Source: a virus
Reading direction: 5' to 3' (one strand)
Virus record (IMG/VR): IMGVR_UViG_3300005573_000057
Location: 1-64,000 of that record
DNA length: 64,000 nt
Both the position numbers and the translations under genes were made by a program. Shown piece after piece: positions 62,771 through 64,000 of the stretch. Every line of letters starts with the position of its first letter. Within the stretch, counting starts at the first letter, position 1. The notes under the pieces were generated by a model that was not told where the DNA came from, did not search any database, and saw only the letters and a program-made list of their open reading frames with translations.

Positions 62771-62992
62771 TTAGAACCAACCGAGAATGCCACCAAGAGG
62801 CATCGCAAAAATACCGATGATACGCAACAACATCAAAACGGTAACTGGAGAATTGGACAGGGCAAAATAAACAACATCAATGATGTTGTGAACATACCCA
62901 ATGAACAACAAAAATACGAACAACAGCCATGCAGTAATACCGACGGCCCCCAGAGAAGCAAGAGCGCCATAAAGCTTAATTTTCATCCTCAT
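62771..62992 (-). CDS. Small membrane protein
   Basis: Two TM helices; RIIGIF..PLG.ILGWF. Confidence 0.65.
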   Translation of the reverse strand: MRMKIKLYGALASLGAVGITAWLLFVFLLFIGYVHNIIDVVYFALSNSPVTVLMLLRIIGIFAMPLGGILGWF

Positions 62993-63207
62993 TTCAATTC
63001 CTTTTGTTCAAGTCCAAACATTTTACACACTTCACGAATCGAGACTCGCTTTTGATCAACTTCCCATCGAAAATGAACAGCACGTTTTCCATCTGTTTTC
63101 GTTAACACACTATAGCACCTAAACCGCTTGCCGTCAACTGTTTCAAACGCATTTCCGATTTGTGAGGCACGTTCTCGCAACCCTTTGATTTTTTCCTTGT
63201 TATCCAT
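62989..63207 (-). CDS. Early hypothetical protein
   Basis: GGAG RBS; TTGACA-N16-TAAAAT at 63227-63254. Confidence 0.6.
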   Translation of the reverse strand: MDNKEKIKGLRERASQIGNAFETVDGKRFRCYSVLTKTDGKRAVHFRWEVDQKRVSIREVCKMFGLEQKELK

Positions 63208-63293
63208 GTTCAATCTCCACAAATCCATTTTACCATCTTTGACCGCGTTGTCAATGCCTTTTCATCGACTATTTGCGTCACTTGTTGACAACT

Positions 63294-64000
63294 CTACTCA
63301 GATTGACCATCCGATACCCCCGCCAGTGTATTCAACTTTTGAAGGTAGAATTGACTTACCTTAGACGTTGCTCGTTTTGCAAACTTTTTCCATTCAATGC
63401 CATTCTCGACAAGTGTTGTCATTTCTTCCTTGGCCGCATCTTTCATGCATCGACCGATGAACATTCCTGTATCTTTAATCGTTGGAGTCGTTCCCAATTC
63501 GACCGCCATATCATCAAACATCTGATTCAACCGATTCTCGGTCATGACATAATCCACAGCTTCATCAATCTTGGCAATTTCTTCGACGTTGACAGCCGCT
63601 AGAGTCTTGACCTTTGATGCGGAGTGCTTTTCTCCCTTGACCTTGAACACCAATCGACCACCATCATAATCATGAACCCAAACGATTCCTTCACCAATAC
63701 CGTCCTTGCCAAAGTAAGCAGCAACCGGGCAGTGTTCCTCAACCGCAGTGGTCAGTTCTGCTAATTTGTTTTGCGATAATTGAGGATTTGCAAAGTCAAC
63801 GTCAATTTCGTATGTTTCAAATTGATGCACAAAATAAATCTTGTGCAAATTAGCCCATTCAGTCAGTTTTGTGTCAGAAGCAATCTCACTCAACTCGTCC
63901 TGAGAAAATGTGCGTTCAGTTCCACGATATTCTTGCACGATAGAGAAAATGACAAACATTTTTTCACATTGATTGATGCCGACTCCTTTTTGAATGTTTC
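63294..64000 (-). CDS. Rnl2-family RNA ligase (5' end beyond the window)
   Basis: NIQKGVG, F..F, GEGIVW, FKVKGEKHS, VMTENRL.Q. Confidence 0.8.
   Translation of the reverse strand, partial: NIQKGVGINQCEKMFVIFSIVQEYRGTERTFSQDELSEIASDTKLTEWANLHKIYFVHQFETYEIDVDFANPQLSQNKLAELTTAVEEHCPVAAYFGKDGIGEGIVWVHDYDGGRLVFKVKGEKHSASKVKTLAAVNVEEIAKIDEAVDYVMTENRLNQMFDDMAVELGTTPTIKDTGMFIGRCMKDAAKEEMTTLVENGIEWKKFAKRATSKVSQFYLQKLNTLAGVSDGQSE

Noticed and set aside
1-64000. tRNA or rRNA genes, introns and inteins
   Set aside because: No cloverleaf or rRNA signatures were seen by eye, and core genes such as gp17, gp20 and gp23 are uninterrupted and of normal length; tRNAscan-SE would be decisive

Overview
This is a 64-kb segment of a large T4-related myovirus genome, or a derived element. 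It carries the head/neck/tail module (gp13, 14, 15, 17, 18, 19, 20, 67-like, 21, 22, 23), baseplate genes (gp5, 27-like, 53, 48, 54-like, 26, 51, tape-measure-like), gp2, gp4, a displaced gp16, primase, dNMP kinase, ThyX, ClpP, a metallophosphoesterase, a Mom-like DNA-modifying enzyme and an RNA-repair cluster. No rRNA, tRNA or CRISPR array was seen. Notable non-core structure: (1) Seven intact paralogous hexapeptide-repeat (left-handed beta-helix) genes plus an eighth remnant lie at three loci. Most are joined by a conserved ~70-bp junction in which the stop codon of one gene forms the -35 box of the next gene's promoter, consistent with a recombining promoter-gene cassette system. (2) There are three distinct, internally deleted IS200/IS605 relics. 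One retains only a promoter plus omegaRNA, whose guide matches the reconstructed empty site. (3) The putative late promoter is non-T4 (C/T)TAACTA, and the early promoters are TTGAC[AT]-N16-TA[TA]A[ACT]T. (4) There is a candidate -1 frameshift fusing gp26 and gp51. (5) A 7-kb insertion of modular Ser/Thr-rich surface proteins sits between gp21 and gp22. (6) A lipoprotein-patatin-papain-HNH block lies under putative late promoters. All product calls come from recalled motifs and synteny, not from database searches.
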